Positions 61,880-64,000 of a stretch of 64,000 nucleotides of DNA are shown in pieces. The stretch is from contig OZ253553.1 in assembly GCA_965262715.1 (NCBI GenBank), forward strand, positions 960,001 to 1,024,000, in the 5' to 3' direction. Position 1 is the first letter of the stretch. The number at the start of each line of letters is the position of its first letter. The DNA comes from Bdellovibrionales bacterium. GTDB lineage: Bacteria; Bdellovibrionota; Bdellovibrionia; Bdellovibrionales; JAUICD01. The position numbers were made by a program, and so were the translations under genes. The notes under the pieces were generated by a model. That model was not told where the DNA came from, did no database searches, and saw nothing but the letters and a program-made list of their open reading frames with translations.

Positions 61880-62246
61880 CTCATCACTTGAAATTACAAA
61901 ATAATACAAGATTGAAGCTTAAAAAACACATTCAAATACATAATTAAGATTTAATGTAGAATTTTTGTAGATTATGTGATATAAAGAGCCATAATTTATT
62001 GATTAAAAGTTATTTTAAAAAATATCTATAAATTTTAAAAAAGTTGCGCTTGTAATTTGAATTCACCAATTACAATGATGACTATGTAAAATTTTCAAAA
62101 AAATATATTTTTTTCATACTTTTAATTAATAAAGACTAGAAAGAATTATTTTTACGTAAGTAATATTCTCAATTCCTGTGCCCCTAAAACCTATTTTATC
62201 CAATTGCTGGTAATAATTTACTAAGCTTTTACACTTTTGAAATATA

Positions 62247-62262
62247 TGGAATGCTTTTTGCT
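62247..62262 (+). promoter_or_regulatory. Probable sigma-54 promoter
   Basis: TGGAATGCTTTTTGCT (GG-N10-GC) ~60 bp upstream of ATG 62324. Confidence 0.55.
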
Positions 62263-62323
62263 ACTTCGATGAATATTAAAGTAAATCTATTTATTTTTAT
62301 TAATTCTAATGGAGTAAAAAGAT

Positions 62324-62944
62324 ATGAAAAAATTAAGTATGTTTATAATGACACTTTTTTGTTGTTACGTTCAAATAGAAGCCCTGCAAGCAAATGACCT
62401 TATTGATCTTCTACTTGCTAGTGACGTAGAAAGTAAAATTAAAACTGTTGAAAGTATTCCTGTAGCTGGTTTTGGCCTAAGTAACTATGATATGTCTAGT
62501 CAGATTCAAAGATTACAAAGAGCCATAAGTAGTGAAGAAGTCGTTTTAAATGATAGCAGTGTTGATGCCCTAGCAATAGCTTTGAAGCGTGGTAGATATA
62601 GAGTGGCAAATGCCTTTATAGATTTATTTTTACAAGAAAATATAGATATGGCGAGTTATCAAACAGATGACAAGTTACACGCTATATATCCACAAGGTAC
62701 AAGTTTATCAGAGATTATTGATTGTCGTCTAAAATTTCATAGGAACTACTTAGAGAATAATGAACCTATATATATATATCCACGGCAAAAAGAATTATTA
62801 GAGTCAGCTATTGAATCTTTAATAACAATGCAAACAGAAATATACCTTACAAATATCCCTGCTCCTTCATTAGATCGCTGTGATGAAATATTAAGTACTC
62901 GCACTGCCATTGATAGCTTCTTCGAGTGGATAAATTACAAATGA
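62324..62944 (+). CDS. Hypothetical secreted protein
   Basis: Signal peptide, SD GGAG; one ankyrin-like stretch (DALAIALKRGRYRVANAFI). Confidence 0.7.
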   Translation: MKKLSMFIMTLFCCYVQIEALQANDLIDLLLASDVESKIKTVESIPVAGFGLSNYDMSSQIQRLQRAISSEEVVLNDSSVDALAIALKRGRYRVANAFIDLFLQENIDMASYQTDDKLHAIYPQGTSLSEIIDCRLKFHRNYLENNEPIYIYPRQKELLESAIESLITMQTEIYLTNIPAPSLDRCDEILSTRTAIDSFFEWINYK

Positions 62945-62988
62945 CCAATAATGTTTAATTGGTATAAACAAGTACTTAACGATAAAAT

Positions 62989-64000
62989 TTAGGAAATAGC
63001 TTTATTCATAGTTTCTTCTATTTCCTTGACTTCCTTTGGTGCTTTTTTAGAAAGCACCTCACAACCATTCTCACAAATTAAAATATCATCCTCAATACGT
63101 ATGCCCAACCCTCTAAGTCCTTCAGGAGCTGACTCATCATTTTCTGTGATATAAAGTCCAGGCTCTATAGTTAAACAGACACCAGGTTCTAAAGATCTTG
63201 GTTGACCATCTTTTTTATAAAGTCCCACATCATGTATATCCATACCTAAAAAATGCCCTACTGAATGTGGATAATATTTTTTGTAAAGCTTTTTTGAAAT
63301 CACTTCATCCAATGAGCCTCCTAGAATATTCCAATCTAATAAGATTTGTGAAAGCCCTTTAATAGCTTCGTTTTGAAGAAGCTCTAAATTCACTCCAGGT
63401 TTGGTTTTTTCGATAAGACCTTTTTGAATACTTAAAATACCTTGGTAAAAATCTCTTTGAACCTCTGTGAAGTGTCCATTGACAGGAAAAGTCCTTGTGA
63501 TATCAGCTGTATAGTAATTCCATTCTGTTCCAGCATCAATAAGCAATAAATCCCCATCTCTACAAATTTGATCATTAGATTGATAATGTAAAGTACAGGC
63601 GGCATTGTTGCCAGAAGCTACTATAGGATAATAACCCCACCTAGGAGATTCTGCTTTTTTAACCGTGTACTCTAAAACAGCTTCAACTTGTCTTTCAGAA
63701 ACACCTGGTTTTGTAAACTTCATAGCGTTGATATGAGCGTCTGCTGAAATCTCACAGGCTTTTCTAAGATAGAATATCTCTTCACCTGTTTTAATAAGCC
63801 TTTGTTCTCCCAATATCTCACAAGGATCAAAAATAGGGGGGAACCCTCTTCCCGATCGACCCTGTTTTTTATTGAGTTTTAAAAGAACGTCTTTTAAAAT
63901 ACAGTCAAAGTTATGCTCTCCTAGTCTGTAATAAATGCGAGAAGCTCCCTCTAAAAAATTAGGTAACTTGCTGTTCATCTGCAAAAGATCATAAGCTTTA
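62989..64000 (-). CDS. pepP: Xaa-Pro aminopeptidase, 5' end outside the window
   Basis: IVASGNN, TLHY, LLIDAG, ADITRTFP, HSVGHFLGMDIHDVG, TIEPGLY, GIRIEDD. Confidence 0.93.
   Translation of the reverse strand, partial: KAYDLLQMNSKLPNFLEGASRIYYRLGEHNFDCILKDVLLKLNKKQGRSGRGFPPIFDPCEILGEQRLIKTGEEIFYLRKACEISADAHINAMKFTKPGVSERQVEAVLEYTVKKAESPRWGYYPIVASGNNAACTLHYQSNDQICRDGDLLLIDAGTEWNYYTADITRTFPVNGHFTEVQRDFYQGILSIQKGLIEKTKPGVNLELLQNEAIKGLSQILLDWNILGGSLDEVISKKLYKKYYPHSVGHFLGMDIHDVGLYKKDGQPRSLEPGVCLTIEPGLYITENDESAPEGLRGLGIRIEDDILICENGCEVLSKKAPKEVKEIEETMNKAIS

Overview
AT-rich bacterial chromosome segment. Gene content and order (pheS/pheT-ihfA-MerR, spoVG next to tRNA-Gln, long type IV pilins, sigma-54 promoters, secreted ankyrin proteins) suggest a Bdellovibrionota-like lineage; this is inference only. 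Housekeeping genes (fpr, FAD synthetase, queF, speE, dihydroorotase, murE, proS, pheS/T, ihfA, pepP, four tRNAs) are interleaved with accessory DNA. That DNA includes a decayed island at the 3' side of tRNA-Arg(ACG), toxin/effector genes broken while their partners stay intact, an IS1634-family element with a 107-bp target duplication, an IS256, an IS3 and an IS30 remnant. About 40.6-62.9 kb is a nested inverted duplication: two divergent pilin + accessory-gene cassettes, four Rpn-family genes with internal SD-ATG starts (three behind a shared sigma-54 promoter module), and two IS-broken LTA-synthase-family genes. The least explained signal is a ~165-200 bp non-coding element with about ten full or partial copies. 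Its four stems are kept by compensatory substitutions, it lacks terminal inverted repeats, a filled/empty-site comparison shows a ~25-bp flanking duplication, and it forms a four-unit tandem array separated by copies of a gene's 3' end.
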